Positions 1 to 8,874 of a stretch of DNA of 36,997 nt are shown here, in pieces. The DNA comes from an uncultured virus (IMG/VR IMGVR_UViG_3300034358_000003) (lineage: Duplodnaviria > Heunggongvirae > Uroviricota > Caudoviricetes), in the IMG/VR virus record IMGVR_UViG_3300034358_000003, one strand, 5' to 3'. A program made the translations under genes and the position numbers. Numbering within the stretch: position 1 is the first letter of the stretch; every line of letters starts with the position of its first letter. The notes beneath the pieces were generated by a model. The model did not search any database. It worked only from the letters and a program-made list of their open reading frames with translations, and was not told the origin of the DNA.

Positions 1-2
1 GC

Positions 3-323
3 AGCAATATGTCCAAGCGACTTCAACAGTCTGGTCGTTGCCGAACTTCCCTTGAGTATGTCAAGGAACACGGCCTTCATACCTTTAGCCATGTAAAACT
101 GATTCATGTTCTCAGAGAACGTATCAGACATGAAAGGTCTTTGTGGGTTGTGCACAGTACCGAATTCGTTGTAAGCAGCTACAGTAGCTACAGGCAAGTT
201 ATGATTCTCGGGGCCATATCTGTCCTCTTCAAAGAATCCAACTTCGACTTCCATACCATCTAATTTGTCCAGCCTCTTTATGAGAGCTGGGATTTTACTT
301 TCGAACTTAAAACTGAAGCCCAT
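3..323 (-). CDS. Neck/tail-completion (virion morphogenesis) protein, N-terminal part; runs off window start
   Basis: Manual translation from ATG 323: MGFSFKFESK...VEVGFF...VAAYNEFGTVHNPQRPFM; EFGT..P.RPF motif typical of neck proteins; follows head genes. Confidence 0.7.
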   Translation of the reverse strand, partial: MGFSFKFESKIPALIKRLDKLDGMEVEVGFFEEDRYGPENHNLPVATVAAYNEFGTVHNPQRPFMSDTFSENMNQFYMAKGMKAVFLDILKGSSATTRLLKSLGHIA

Positions 324-786
324 GACCTGATCCTACACCGTAGCCATTAAGCTGATCGTAGTTGTACTGCCAGTTGCCACACCCAATACGGATAGGACGC
401 TCAGTAGCCAACAGAACAGAGTTGTTGTCAGTGTTAATACGGTTGTTGTGCATGTCCTCACGACTAATACCACCAGCGTAAGGCATAGCCAAACTGATAG
501 CTGCGTTAGGGTCTTTAAGCATCAATTCCAAAGCTCTGTAGAAGTTGCTGAAGATGTCTCCACCATAAACCTCAATGTCGCCTGTACGTTCACGTGTGAA
601 GCGGGACAGGGTAAACAGAAGTGTACGAGCAGCATCTAACGTAGCACGGTTCTCATTGCCGTTATATTTGTCAATGAAATACTGATAATCTTCATCATGC
701 AGCAATTCCATATCTGGCCAAATGTCACCTACGTTCAAACGAACGCGGTCAGTGGCAGAGCCAGCAGGGTTATTCGTGTATGGCAT
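307..786 (-). CDS. Head-tail adaptor/connector protein
   Basis: 159 aa, D-RVRL-VGD N-terminal motif, directly after major capsid gene. Confidence 0.65.
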   Translation of the reverse strand: MPYTNNPAGSATDRVRLNVGDIWPDMELLHDEDYQYFIDKYNGNENRATLDAARTLLFTLSRFTRERTGDIEVYGGDIFSNFYRALELMLKDPNAAISLAMPYAGGISREDMHNNRINTDNNSVLLATERPIRIGCGNWQYNYDQLNGYGVGSGHGLQF

Positions 787-803
787 GTTCTAGGCTCCTA
801 AGC

Positions 804-827
804 AAAGAAAGGGGGCACGAAGCCCCC
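804..827 (-). terminator. Intrinsic terminator after major capsid gene
   Basis: Minus strand GGGGGC-TTCG-TGCCCCC hairpin followed by TTTCTTT. Confidence 0.75.
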
Positions 828-835
828 AATTCTAA

Positions 836-1891
836 TTAGGCACCAACGATGCCTTTGATAACCAACTGTGGACGGCGAAGCACGTTCAGGAAGTTGGATT
901 CAGTTTGGATTTCGATCATCTGACCACGGTTGTCGCCGTACTCGAAAGCGTACAGTTCTTGACCTTCAGTGTTAACGAAGTCGAAGTGGTCGGCTGGGCC
1001 GAAGTATTGCACGAAGTTATCGCTGCCCATGTCGCTTGGCAGGAAGTAGCATTCGTTTGCTGGGATGTGACGGTTGCCTTCTGGATCGATACCACGGTTT
1101 TCGATGTACGTGATGTTGCCGATTGTGAACTCGCGGTAACGAGAATCATAACCACTAGCAACCATACGGTCACGAAGAATCTGTGGAGCTTGGCTGTAAG
1201 CCATCCATAGCGCCTTAACGCTTGGGTGAGAGGTCAGCTTCTGGAAGAACTCTGGCGATGCAACAGCCCAGATTTCGCCACGTACAGAACCATCGTGAGC
1301 GTTGTCTTGCATTGCTGCGAATACTTGCTCAGTTTTAACGATGATGTCAGTTGTAGCAACGTTCAGTTGGAAGTCAACAACAACACGGCTAGCACCAAAC
1401 TCGGTGTACCAGTCGTAAGTTACGTTACCGTTAGGAGCGTAAGCAGTACCAGTACGGATGGTGTGCCAGATAGAGGCTTCGTGTGTAGCAGCCCAAGACT
1501 TACGGATCACTTCAAGCTTACGTGCACGCACGGCAGCAATAGTTTCCAGTTGGTCAACACCGAAAGCGCGTTTACCTTGGATGTCACGTGGAGTAATAGA
1601 AGCGTCCAGTGTGAAGTGAGGGATCGCAAATGCGTGCATTTTACGAGTTGGGTCACTGATCACAGTGTGACGTGCACCACGGTGAACATCTTTGATCAAG
1701 CCGTAGCCAGTCTTGATTTCTTCAACAGTGATGGTTTCTTGAGATGTTGTGTCTTTACCGAAGATTCCCAATTGAGTTCCAAGGAACCAATCGTTCGGGA
1801 TAATCATCAGTGGAGCGGACAGGTCGGTGTACTCGTAGTTGTTGTTAGCGTAGCTACGAACGGCCTGTTTAGCGAGTTGAACTTGAGACAT
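836..1891 (-). CDS. Major capsid protein (lambda gpE-like, HK97 fold)
   Basis: 351 aa; IPHF, FGPAD and TESN..RP motifs of the gpE-like family; GGAGG RBS; position after decoration gene. Confidence 0.9.
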   Translation of the reverse strand: MSQVQLAKQAVRSYANNNYEYTDLSAPLMIIPNDWFLGTQLGIFGKDTTSQETITVEEIKTGYGLIKDVHRGARHTVISDPTRKMHAFAIPHFTLDASITPRDIQGKRAFGVDQLETIAAVRARKLEVIRKSWAATHEASIWHTIRTGTAYAPNGNVTYDWYTEFGASRVVVDFQLNVATTDIIVKTEQVFAAMQDNAHDGSVRGEIWAVASPEFFQKLTSHPSVKALWMAYSQAPQILRDRMVASGYDSRYREFTIGNITYIENRGIDPEGNRHIPANECYFLPSDMGSDNFVQYFGPADHFDFVNTEGQELYAFEYGDNRGQMIEIQTESNFLNVLRRPQLVIKGIVGA

Positions 1892-1904
1892 TGAGTCCTC
1901 CTAA

Positions 1905-2291
1905 TTAGACGTTGTTGTAAGTAAGTTGATCAACTGCGAAGATGTTCTTCAGAGCCAGTTTATCAGTTGCTGTTTTGCGTTGAACGTCAGTAGTAACGTC
2001 AGACCCAAAGATCAGGGCAGCCTTACCAACTTTCGCATGACCGCGAGCCAGTACCAACACCTTGGTGTATTCGGCAGCAGCAGGACGTGTCAGGTCGTCA
2101 ATAAGAATGTATGTAGCGTCGGCCAGAGTAGCAGCAACAACTAGAGCACCAGTGCTGTCAAGAACAGAACCAGTCTTTGTTGCGTTAACAGCAGACTTCA
2201 GCAACACTTCACGTGTAACGCCAGAACCAGCTTCTTCTTCGTATACCAGCCAGTTGCTTAGACGTTGTACATCAGCAGCGTATTGTGCCAT
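1905..2291 (-). CDS. Head decoration protein
   Basis: 128 aa, Ala/Val-rich, VLARGHAKV motif, between scaffold and capsid genes. Confidence 0.75.
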   Translation of the reverse strand: MAQYAADVQRLSNWLVYEEEAGSGVTREVLLKSAVNATKTGSVLDSTGALVVAATLADATYILIDDLTRPAAAEYTKVLVLARGHAKVGKAALIFGSDVTTDVQRKTATDKLALKNIFAVDQLTYNNV

Positions 2292-2323
2292 TTGTGTTTC
2301 TCCTAATAAGAATTGGGGTTAGA

Positions 2324-3262
2324 TTACTTAGCAGCTTTAGGGGCGTACTTAGCTTTCAGGATTGCAGTAGTGCGGTCAACTTCTTCTTGCGATTCAGCAC
2401 CTGCACCAGCAACGCCAGTTTCGGTCATCATTTCGGAAGCATCAACAGCAGAAGACAGAGCCTTCATTGTTTCAACAGTTGCAGCGAAAGCTTCGTCGTC
2501 AAGGGCAGACAGAGACTTCAGAACAGCTTCTACTTTATCAGCAGACACTTTAGCGTCGGTCAGTGCAGCTTTGCGAGCTTCAACTTTTGCAGTAGCAGCA
2601 GCAGCTTTGAAAACTTCCAGTTCAGCACTGGCTGCTTTCAAGAGTTCAACTTGTGCGTCAAGAGACTTCTGGACTTCTGCAACAGCAGCAACACCAGCAG
2701 CTTTCTCAACAGCAACAGCGCCAGCTAGGGCTTCTAGGTGAGCGGATTTCAGGATTTGTTCCATTGGGATAACTTCCTCATGTTTGATTTTGGTTTGTTC
2801 TGGAACACTCTCCAGAGCTTTCTCTAGCAGAGCCTGATCATTCAGGATAGCCAGTGTTTGTTCTGGAGTAAGGTCGGATAGAGCCTTCTCCAAGTTTTGG
2901 GATAGGTAAACAGATTTGAGGATGTTGATAGATTCAACACGCTTGTCGATCCAGTCTTTAACTTCTTCGACTTCCTCTTCATCATCTTCGTACTCAGTAC
3001 GACCATAACCCATCGCTACAGAAAGGACTTCTGCATCGTCCCAGTAGAGTCCAAAGAACCTACGCAGGAATTCTGGGAACTGCATCTCAACGGTTACTGT
3101 TGTAGCCTTCTCGATTTGTTCTTGTGTGATGTTGTTTGTTGCTTTAGTAATCAGTGTGGTGACACCATTAGCTGGCCCACCTTGATGCTTACTAACAAGT
3201 GCAACGTGAGCACCTTCATGCTCAAACTTGATATCTGTTAGACGACGTTTTGCAATAGTCAT
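2324..3262 (-). CDS. Capsid scaffolding/head maturation protein
   Basis: 312 aa; N-terminal HVALV..GPANG motif, acidic Ala/Glu/Lys helical C-terminus; ATGA overlap with upstream protease gene. Confidence 0.7.
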   Translation of the reverse strand: MTIAKRRLTDIKFEHEGAHVALVSKHQGGPANGVTTLITKATNNITQEQIEKATTVTVEMQFPEFLRRFFGLYWDDAEVLSVAMGYGRTEYEDDEEEVEEVKDWIDKRVESINILKSVYLSQNLEKALSDLTPEQTLAILNDQALLEKALESVPEQTKIKHEEVIPMEQILKSAHLEALAGAVAVEKAAGVAAVAEVQKSLDAQVELLKAASAELEVFKAAAATAKVEARKAALTDAKVSADKVEAVLKSLSALDDEAFAATVETMKALSSAVDASEMMTETGVAGAGAESQEEVDRTTAILKAKYAPKAAK

Positions 3263-3711
3263 TCTAGTTCCTCGGCAACCGCCATAGCACCAATGGACAC
3301 ACCATTGATTTCACCGGATTTAACACCTTGCCACAAAGACTCACCAGTTTCTGTTTCAGGGAAGTGCCACCATTGCAGCCATGTACCTTTCTGGACTTCA
3401 ACACCATTGTCAAGTGTGAATGTCGCAGGAGAGATAAACGATTGAACAACAGTTGCTTCCGATGTTTCTACTTGGTGGAATAGGTTTGCGACACGGCAAT
3501 GTTCATTGTAGTTATCACAAGCTTTCTCAACTTCTTGAGCAGTGTATGTGTCGCCATGTAGGTCAACAACATCTGGCTCAAGTACGACGAACAAAGCCTT
3601 GCGGTCTTCTTCATCAAGAGACTTAGTAACTTCTACTTCCACTTTAGGAAGCTCTTGCGAGCCCCCAAAGTGCTTTTGAATCAATTGTGCAAGAGCTTCA
3701 GTAAAGTTCAT
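3259..3711 (-). CDS. XkdF-like prohead serine protease
   Basis: VVLEPD.VDLHGD, NLFH, GTW and W..VKSGEINGVSIG motifs. Confidence 0.8.
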   Translation of the reverse strand: MNFTEALAQLIQKHFGGSQELPKVEVEVTKSLDEEDRKALFVVLEPDVVDLHGDTYTAQEVEKACDNYNEHCRVANLFHQVETSEATVVQSFISPATFTLDNGVEVQKGTWLQWWHFPETETGESLWQGVKSGEINGVSIGAMAVAEELE

Positions 3712-3719
3712 GGATTCTC

Positions 3720-5189
3720 CTATGCGTTATTTGCAGCAGCGTTGTCACGACCGGAAGACTTCTTAGATGCACCGTTACCACCACCTGCTGCCATTCCGTC
3801 ACCTGCTTGGCTATCGCCTCCCATGATTTCTTCTTTGTCAACTGGTTCATCTGGTTTCTTCGGTGTTACTTTAATGCTTTCACGAATCTTGTTAGCCATT
3901 GGACGGTCAAGTTCAAGAGCACCAACACTACCCATACGTTGAATTGCTTTAGAGAATTCATCCAAGTCAACTTCGTCAAGATCGCCATACTGCAACTTAG
4001 GCAGTTCTTTCGCTGTCAGGATTTCTCCATTCAGAGCGAAGAGTTGTGGGATCAGATCGTTGTTGAGTACGTCTTGAATCTCTTTCAGGCGGGCTTCAAT
4101 AGCCATAGCCATGATGTTTGTTTTTGCACCAGCAAGCGAGTAACTACCAACTTGATCCTGACCCATCTTCAACATGTCAGCAAACAACACCATCAGGATT
4201 TTGTTATCCCAACGCTTGATGATTGTGTCTGTGTCGTACATCTTTCCACCTTGGGTAGAAGTCAGTTCGAACTTGAAGAGTGGTTGACGACTCTCTGGGT
4301 CAAATGCTTGAGGCAAGATCAAACCAGATTGTTCGTTCATTTGGATGTTGCGGATAACGTTCTTGTAGTATTCGAAGATTGCCTTCTCACTATCAGATGC
4401 GTCTTCACTCATGTAGCGTGGTGGAAGATACAAGGTTGGCATACCGTTCATGTCACGGGTAACACCAATAGCTTCTTGTTCTTCAATCTGTCTACGGAAG
4501 AGCCATGCGTTGTAGCAGCCACGTAGAGGCGAGTTGCCTTCTGGGCTATCACGCTTAGCGTCCACACGGAACAGCATAAATTTCTTACGAGGGATTTGGA
4601 TAATGCCGTCAGCGTTCAAAGCTACGATGTTCGAATAACGATCACCACCCTGTACGCCCGCTAGGTTCTGTTCCAGCCCGATCAGGTCACGACCGTCATC
4701 ACTGAACACCCAACGGCTGATCGTGTCCTGAGAGCGAACTGGGAGCTTCTTGATGCCAATCTTGTTGTCATTGTAAGAAGAGCCAGCCTCAAAGGTACGA
4801 CGACGGTAAACCTTCTCGTTAACACAGAAGCCGTATGTGTACATGCTGGTAACTTCACGGATGAAGTCATCGAAGCTATGTTCCATGTCGTGGATAACGC
4901 TCTCAAGGAACTCACCACGGGCTTTCATAGTTGCGTCAGGTTCGATACCCAAATCAACACTCCAATCAACACGACTAATCATCATCTCAACGAGAGAGAT
5001 AGCAGAACGGATTGTAGCGTCTTGTCCCATTGTGCGGTAAGTACGGCAGGCTTCAGGGAACCTAAGTTCACGTCTGTTTTCTTCTGCAATGTTACCACCA
5101 TATTGTTTTAGTCCAACTACACCCATCTCACCAAGACGCAGACGAGGCATAGGAGCGGCTACTTTTTCGATCTTAGTTCTCTTAGCCAT
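3720..5189 (-). CDS. Portal protein (DUF935/Mu gp29-like)
   Basis: 489 aa directly after TerL; P.G.SPLR, GSYSL and N..LIPQL..LN motifs. Confidence 0.85.
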   Translation of the reverse strand: MAKRTKIEKVAAPMPRLRLGEMGVVGLKQYGGNIAEENRRELRFPEACRTYRTMGQDATIRSAISLVEMMISRVDWSVDLGIEPDATMKARGEFLESVIHDMEHSFDDFIREVTSMYTYGFCVNEKVYRRRTFEAGSSYNDNKIGIKKLPVRSQDTISRWVFSDDGRDLIGLEQNLAGVQGGDRYSNIVALNADGIIQIPRKKFMLFRVDAKRDSPEGNSPLRGCYNAWLFRRQIEEQEAIGVTRDMNGMPTLYLPPRYMSEDASDSEKAIFEYYKNVIRNIQMNEQSGLILPQAFDPESRQPLFKFELTSTQGGKMYDTDTIIKRWDNKILMVLFADMLKMGQDQVGSYSLAGAKTNIMAMAIEARLKEIQDVLNNDLIPQLFALNGEILTAKELPKLQYGDLDEVDLDEFSKAIQRMGSVGALELDRPMANKIRESIKVTPKKPDEPVDKEEIMGGDSQAGDGMAAGGGNGASKKSSGRDNAAANNA

Positions 5190-5190
5190 G

Positions 5191-6663
5191 TTATCCTCTG
5201 TAGAATGCGAAAGGGTTAGCTTGAGTCATAGTTGGAACCGAGAAGTCAGGAAGGTATTGTTCAGAAGAGAGTGCGTGGAAGGCATCAGATGTGGCGTCCA
5301 CTTGGTCATCTTTGATGTTCTTACTACCATCGAAACGTTCAAGTTCCATCAAGTAGTCCTTAGTCCAATCAGCTTCCATAATCTCAACAGACCCTGCTTC
5401 ACATGTTGCAGCGAAGGGAGCGAATCGAGTGACTTTGGATTTGTTTGTTGTTTTCATACGGGCGTAGAAGCCTTGGTCCGCTAAGTCACGAATGAGTTGA
5501 GCGGCATAAGCTTTACCAGCAGCACCCGGATCGCAAGGGATAATGATTTGAACATCGTCACCATCGTGTCTTGCAGTTTCCAGAATAAGTTCAAATACAC
5601 CACCATGACGGCGACGATCACGAACAACATCTTCAACTGTATAGATGCCCATCTTGTTTCTGCTCATGAGAACACCAGCAGTCCAGTCAGGGTTACGGTT
5701 TGTCTCAGACGGCACAGAGCCGCTGATATCCCAAGCACGGACACGCTTCACAGAAGCCATGTCACGGATATGTACTTTATTACACCAGTGCTCTTTGAAG
5801 AACCCTGTACCCTCAGCACGTGCTAGCCACGATCCATAAAGCAGACGTTCTTTTTCAACACGCCCAAGACCTTCAAGCCAACCAACATATTCGGGTTGAG
5901 CTTCACAGAGAACTGGGTTGTCGTAAACGTTAGCTGCAATGAACTTGAAGCTGATAGGTTTGATTTGTTTCTTATGACCACGTGGTAGATCGGGAGCACC
6001 ATACTTCTCATATAGTTCATCCAGAGTGTCACCCCAAAGCATCTTACCGTCATTCTTGATGAAGTAACGGATAACACCGTCACGCTCAGGAATAGGGATG
6101 CCAGTGTCAGGATCAAGCCACCACTCCAACCAATGACGTAGGAAACTACCATAGTCAGGGTTACAAGTGATTTTCATGTGTGGCTTAACTTCTTTGCACT
6201 TAGGGTTACGCATACGAGATGTCAAGTATGTAACCATTGCCTCTTCGAATTGTTGGCCCTCGTCCACAAGGAACTGGCTAACTTCCCAACCTTGGAAGTT
6301 GTCTTCGTCTTTTTGGTTTTCGAAGTGACGGAGGTAAACTTTAGCCCCGTTGGAGAAAAGGAAGTGGTGTTCTTTATCACGCCATCTTACCTTTGGGTCG
6401 ATAAGCTTAAAGAGTTCTTCGGCCTTTTCATGAAGACCGCCCGGACCTTTAAGTTGTGGTGTTGTACGTCTTACCATACAACCACGGAATGTGGGATACT
6501 GGATGTGTTTAAGGAAGTCCATAACACCCAGATAACTTTTACCAGCTCCAGCAGCTCCACCGAATACGGTGATGTCCGCTTCACTGTGCATGAAGTCGTA
6601 TTGCTTTTGAGACTTAGGCCCGATAACGTTAGGGTCCAAGTCAAAGACCATATCGTCAGCCAT
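5191..6663 (-). CDS. terL: Terminase large subunit
   Basis: Walker A GGAAGAGKS, Walker B FLVDE, TCNP coupling motif, nuclease AWD and DDQVDA. Confidence 0.95.
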   Translation of the reverse strand: MADDMVFDLDPNVIGPKSQKQYDFMHSEADITVFGGAAGAGKSYLGVMDFLKHIQYPTFRGCMVRRTTPQLKGPGGLHEKAEELFKLIDPKVRWRDKEHHFLFSNGAKVYLRHFENQKDEDNFQGWEVSQFLVDEGQQFEEAMVTYLTSRMRNPKCKEVKPHMKITCNPDYGSFLRHWLEWWLDPDTGIPIPERDGVIRYFIKNDGKMLWGDTLDELYEKYGAPDLPRGHKKQIKPISFKFIAANVYDNPVLCEAQPEYVGWLEGLGRVEKERLLYGSWLARAEGTGFFKEHWCNKVHIRDMASVKRVRAWDISGSVPSETNRNPDWTAGVLMSRNKMGIYTVEDVVRDRRRHGGVFELILETARHDGDDVQIIIPCDPGAAGKAYAAQLIRDLADQGFYARMKTTNKSKVTRFAPFAATCEAGSVEIMEADWTKDYLMELERFDGSKNIKDDQVDATSDAFHALSSEQYLPDFSVPTMTQANPFAFYRG

Positions 6664-6684
6664 TGCCTGTCCTCATTTTAGTTG

Positions 6685-6720
6685 AATAAAGGGCGTGGCC
6701 GAAGCCACATCCCTGTTTTT
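6685..6720. terminator. UUCG hairpin in terL leader, T-rich on both sides
   Basis: Minus: GGGATGTGGC-TTCG-GCCACGCCC then TTTATT; plus: followed by TGTTTTT. Confidence 0.55.
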
Positions 6721-6751
6721 CTTGTTGAGAATGTTTCTCTCTATGTATGAT

Positions 6752-6779
6752 ATTGTACATCGGAATTGATGGTTGTCAA
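6752..6779 (-). promoter_or_regulatory. sigma70-type promoter upstream of terL
   Basis: TTGACA-16 nt-TACAAT. Confidence 0.7.
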
Positions 6780-6811
6780 CCCCTTAGAGTAACATTTCTT
6801 CAAATTACTTG

Positions 6812-7033
6812 TCAAGCAGTTTTCAAAGCTGTAATTACAGCATTCAACTTCGTCTTGATTTCATTCACAAGCGTCAGTGCTGTAGGCAGGTCAGTAGCGT
6901 TTGGAGACGTTACAGCAGCCAGAGCAGCGATAGCAGCGGCGTTAGCAGCAGAGTCAGTGAAGGCTCCAGCTTTGATCCCTTCGATCAAGCCAAGCTGTGC
7001 AATCAGTTGGTATTGTGCAGTAGTAGAAAGCAT
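6812..7033 (-). CDS. Small Ala-rich hypothetical protein (possibly virion-associated)
   Basis: 73 aa, GAGGA RBS, amphipathic helical C-terminus. Confidence 0.65.
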   Translation of the reverse strand: MLSTTAQYQLIAQLGLIEGIKAGAFTDSAANAAAIAALAAVTSPNATDLPTALTLVNEIKTKLNAVITALKTA

Positions 7034-7079
7034 TTTGATTCCTCATGTATTAGATTGGTGCCAGAATGGCAGAAACGAG

Positions 7080-7099
7080 AAAACCCTCACAAGGAGGGT
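7080..7099 (-). terminator. Probable terminator at distal end of tRNA array
   Basis: ACCCTC-CTTGT-GAGGGT followed by TTT. Confidence 0.5.
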
Positions 7100-7164
7100 A
7101 ATCTGACAAGACAGACTGCTTGGGTAGCACGTAGCTACATAGAGGTGGGTCAGTTGTCTGTGTT

Positions 7165-7238
7165 TGGTTGAAGATACCCTCACTGGATCGCAAGTCACAC
7201 GATTAGGTGCTTGGGGCCGGGGTTTAACCGCCATCTTC
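7165..7238 (-). ncRNA. CCA-ended non-cloverleaf RNA (tRNA-sized)
   Basis: GAAGATG/TATCTTC 7-bp terminal stem, then AACCA; internal ATCGTG/TGCGAT hairpin; no T-loop. Confidence 0.4.
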
Positions 7239-7242
7239 TAAT

Positions 7243-7318
7243 TGGTGCATTCTCATGGTATCGATCCATGTCATCTGGGTTTTCAAGCCAGTGCTTCTAC
7301 CTAGTTAGCTTAGAATGC
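7243..7318 (-). tRNA. tRNA-Phe(GAA)
   Basis: GCATTCT/AGAATGC acceptor, loop TTGAAAA, encoded CCA; C31-C39 mismatch. Confidence 0.85.
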
Positions 7319-7322
7319 GAAT

Positions 7323-7416
7323 TGGTGGCCCATTCAGTTCATTGTGCTTTCGTCGTCTCAAGGAACGCTGTATAACACAAACATCTGCCAGATGCTGAAT
7401 ATATTATTTTAGGCCA
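7323..7416 (-). ncRNA. CCA-ended non-cloverleaf RNA
   Basis: TGGCCTA/TGGGCCA stem then CCA; inner TTCAG/CTGAA and TGTGTT/AGCACA pairings; no T-loop. Confidence 0.45.
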
Positions 7417-7421
7417 TTGTT

Positions 7422-7493
7422 TGGAGCAGAATGTCAGAATCGAACTGACCTCATCAGCTTGGAAGGCTGGGCGCTCACCTTGAGCAATCCTGC
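7422..7493 (-). tRNA. tRNA-Gly(TCC)
   Basis: Loop CTTCCAA, GTTCGATT T-loop, U73-CCA. Confidence 0.9.
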
Positions 7494-7500
7494 TTTTGTT

Positions 7501-7575
7501 TGGAGTATCTTGTTGGAATTGAACCAACCTAACCGGGTTTGCAATCCGGCACCTTAGCCTCTCGGACAAAGATAC
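7501..7575 (-). tRNA. tRNA-Cys(GCA)
   Basis: Loop TTGCAAA, GTTCAATT T-loop, U73-CCA. Confidence 0.9.
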
Positions 7576-7583
7576 ATTATGTT

Positions 7584-7661
7584 TGGTAGGGCACCTCGGA
7601 CTCGAACCGAGAAGCTCCTGATTCTAAGTCAGGAAGGTAGACCAATTCCCTTCAATGCCCC
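7584..7661 (-). tRNA. tRNA-Leu(TAG), short variable loop
   Basis: CCTGA-CTTAGAA-TCAGG; GGTTCGAGTCC; CCA; no long variable arm. Confidence 0.85.
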
Positions 7662-7676
7662 AATAGTCTTCTAAAT

Positions 7677-7749
7677 TGGTGTGAGGCTGGGTACTGACCC
7701 CAATCCTTCGTTTCACAGACGAAGTTCCTAACCATCGAACTACCTCACC
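7677..7749 (-). tRNA. tRNA-His(GTG), atypical
   Basis: TTCGT-CTGTGAA-ACGAA; T-loop GTCAGTA is non-canonical; 5' end overlaps HNH stop codon. Confidence 0.65.
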
Positions 7750-8159
7750 ATTGTTCTCAATTTGTGGTGTTCACGTCTATGACAGTTTGAACACAGCACA
7801 ATACATTTTCTTATCTCAGCACGTAAGACTTCAAGAGAACCACCAATCAACGAAGCTGGGTTGGCGTCCTTTCCATCAGGGTCTACATGGTGCAGATCAA
7901 GCACTACGGTGTCAGCTTCTCCACAGTGGGAGCACTTACACATCCGTTTATACCTGTCAACCAAACCCTTGTTACGAGCTTTAATTGTTTGCCTTGTTGC
8001 CTTGACTTTGGCTCTGCGTGTTTCAGAGCCAGCGTACCAACCAATGTTTCCAGCCTTATTGCAAGCTTTGCATCGGTTTTGATAGCCGTCAGGCTTAGAT
8101 GATGATTTATAGAACTCTGTCTTTGGTTTGTCAGTTTCACACTTACTACAGAACTTCAT
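7740..8159 (-). CDS. HNH endonuclease (free-standing, homing-type)
   Basis: CxxC pairs, LDLHHVD and LCSNCHRREH motif; embedded in tRNA array. Confidence 0.85.
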   Translation of the reverse strand: MKFCSKCETDKPKTEFYKSSSKPDGYQNRCKACNKAGNIGWYAGSETRRAKVKATRQTIKARNKGLVDRYKRMCKCSHCGEADTVVLDLHHVDPDGKDANPASLIGGSLEVLRAEIRKCIVLCSNCHRREHHKLRTMVR

Positions 8160-8304
8160 CACGCATCTTAATTTCTTCTTGAGCTTCTTTGAATGCTTGC
8201 TTATCCATCAGTTTAGGCTTCCAGTTCAAGTGATCACAACAAGGGCAGTACGAGCCATTGCGTTTCAATCTTGCTATCCTTGGCTCTCTGATTCTAACCT
8301 TCAT
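8146..8304 (-). CDS. Small basic hypothetical protein (52 aa, CPCC)
   Basis: AGGAG RBS before ATG 8304; overlaps HNH start. Confidence 0.6.
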   Translation of the reverse strand: MKVRIREPRIARLKRNGSYCPCCDHLNWKPKLMDKQAFKEAQEEIKMRDEVL

Positions 8305-8321
8305 CTTAGCACTCCTATATT

Positions 8322-8395
8322 TGGTGGACCGTCGGGGAGTCAAACCCCGCCTTCTACGGTGCAAGCGTAGCGAACTATCGAAATTCTTACAGCCC
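8322..8395 (-). tRNA. tRNA-Ala(TGC)
   Basis: CTACG-CTTGCAC-CGTAG; G3.U70 identity pair; CCA. Confidence 0.85.
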
Positions 8396-8399
8396 AAAT

Positions 8400-8473
8400 T
8401 GGTCTAGATGGGTGGAGTTGAACCACCGCCACAGGCTTCCAAAGCCAGTACGCTACCGTAACGCTTCATCTAG
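8400..8473 (-). tRNA. tRNA-Pro(TGG)
   Basis: Loop TTTGGAA, GGTTCAACTCC, CCA. Confidence 0.9.
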
Positions 8474-8495
8474 TTAAATCATTTTACATCTTAAT

Positions 8496-8584
8496 TGGTG
8501 CGTCATGGTCGGAATCGAACCACGCAGTCTTGGACACCGGGTTTACAGCCCAGCGGGAATCCCAGTCCCCATAAATCACGACGC
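8496..8584 (-). tRNA. tRNA-Tyr(GTA), irregular D region
   Basis: CTGGG-CTGTAAA-CCCGG; long variable region; GGTTCGATTCC; CCA. Confidence 0.75.
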
Positions 8585-8590
8585 TTTGTT

Positions 8591-8667
8591 TGGCAGGTAA
8601 TAGAGGATTCGAACCTCCCATCTTGTGATTAACAGTCACAGACCAACACCTAGTCAGATCATTACCT
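8591..8667 (-). tRNA. tRNA-Asn(GTT)
   Basis: TGTGA-CTGTTAA-TCACA; G73-CCA. Confidence 0.85.
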
Positions 8668-8736
8668 ATAATTCTGATAGAGACTATATTTAGACAGCAC
8701 ACTCTATCTGGCTGTACCCGTGGGGAGCACGGTGTT

Positions 8737-8792
8737 TGGAGACGGGATTAGAACGGCTCTACGTTCACATTAAGCTGGCATGTAGCCCCATC
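8737..8792 (-). ncRNA. 56-nt CCA-ended mini-RNA
   Basis: GATGGGG/TCCCGTC 7-bp stem + T + CCA; inner GAACG/CGTTC hairpin. Confidence 0.4.
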
Positions 8793-8798
8793 ATTGTT

Positions 8799-8874
8799 TG
8801 GTTGCGGACGTGAGAATCAAACTCACCGTATTCAGCTTATGAGGCTGCTGTGTCCATCAGTTCACCTGACCGCA
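8799..8874 (-). tRNA. tRNA-Met(CAT) (elongator or Ile2 type)
   Basis: Loop CTCATAA; paired 1-72 and no three G-C pairs, so not an initiator; CCA. Confidence 0.8.

Noticed and set aside
3255..3270. Programmed frameshift fusing protease and scaffold
   Set aside because: Ordinary ATGA overlap with no slippery sequence
448..6681. Long plus-strand ORFs opposite the head genes (e.g. 1226-1894, 3807-4526)
   Set aside because: Antisense shadows of genes with clear motifs; no RBS or recognisable domains
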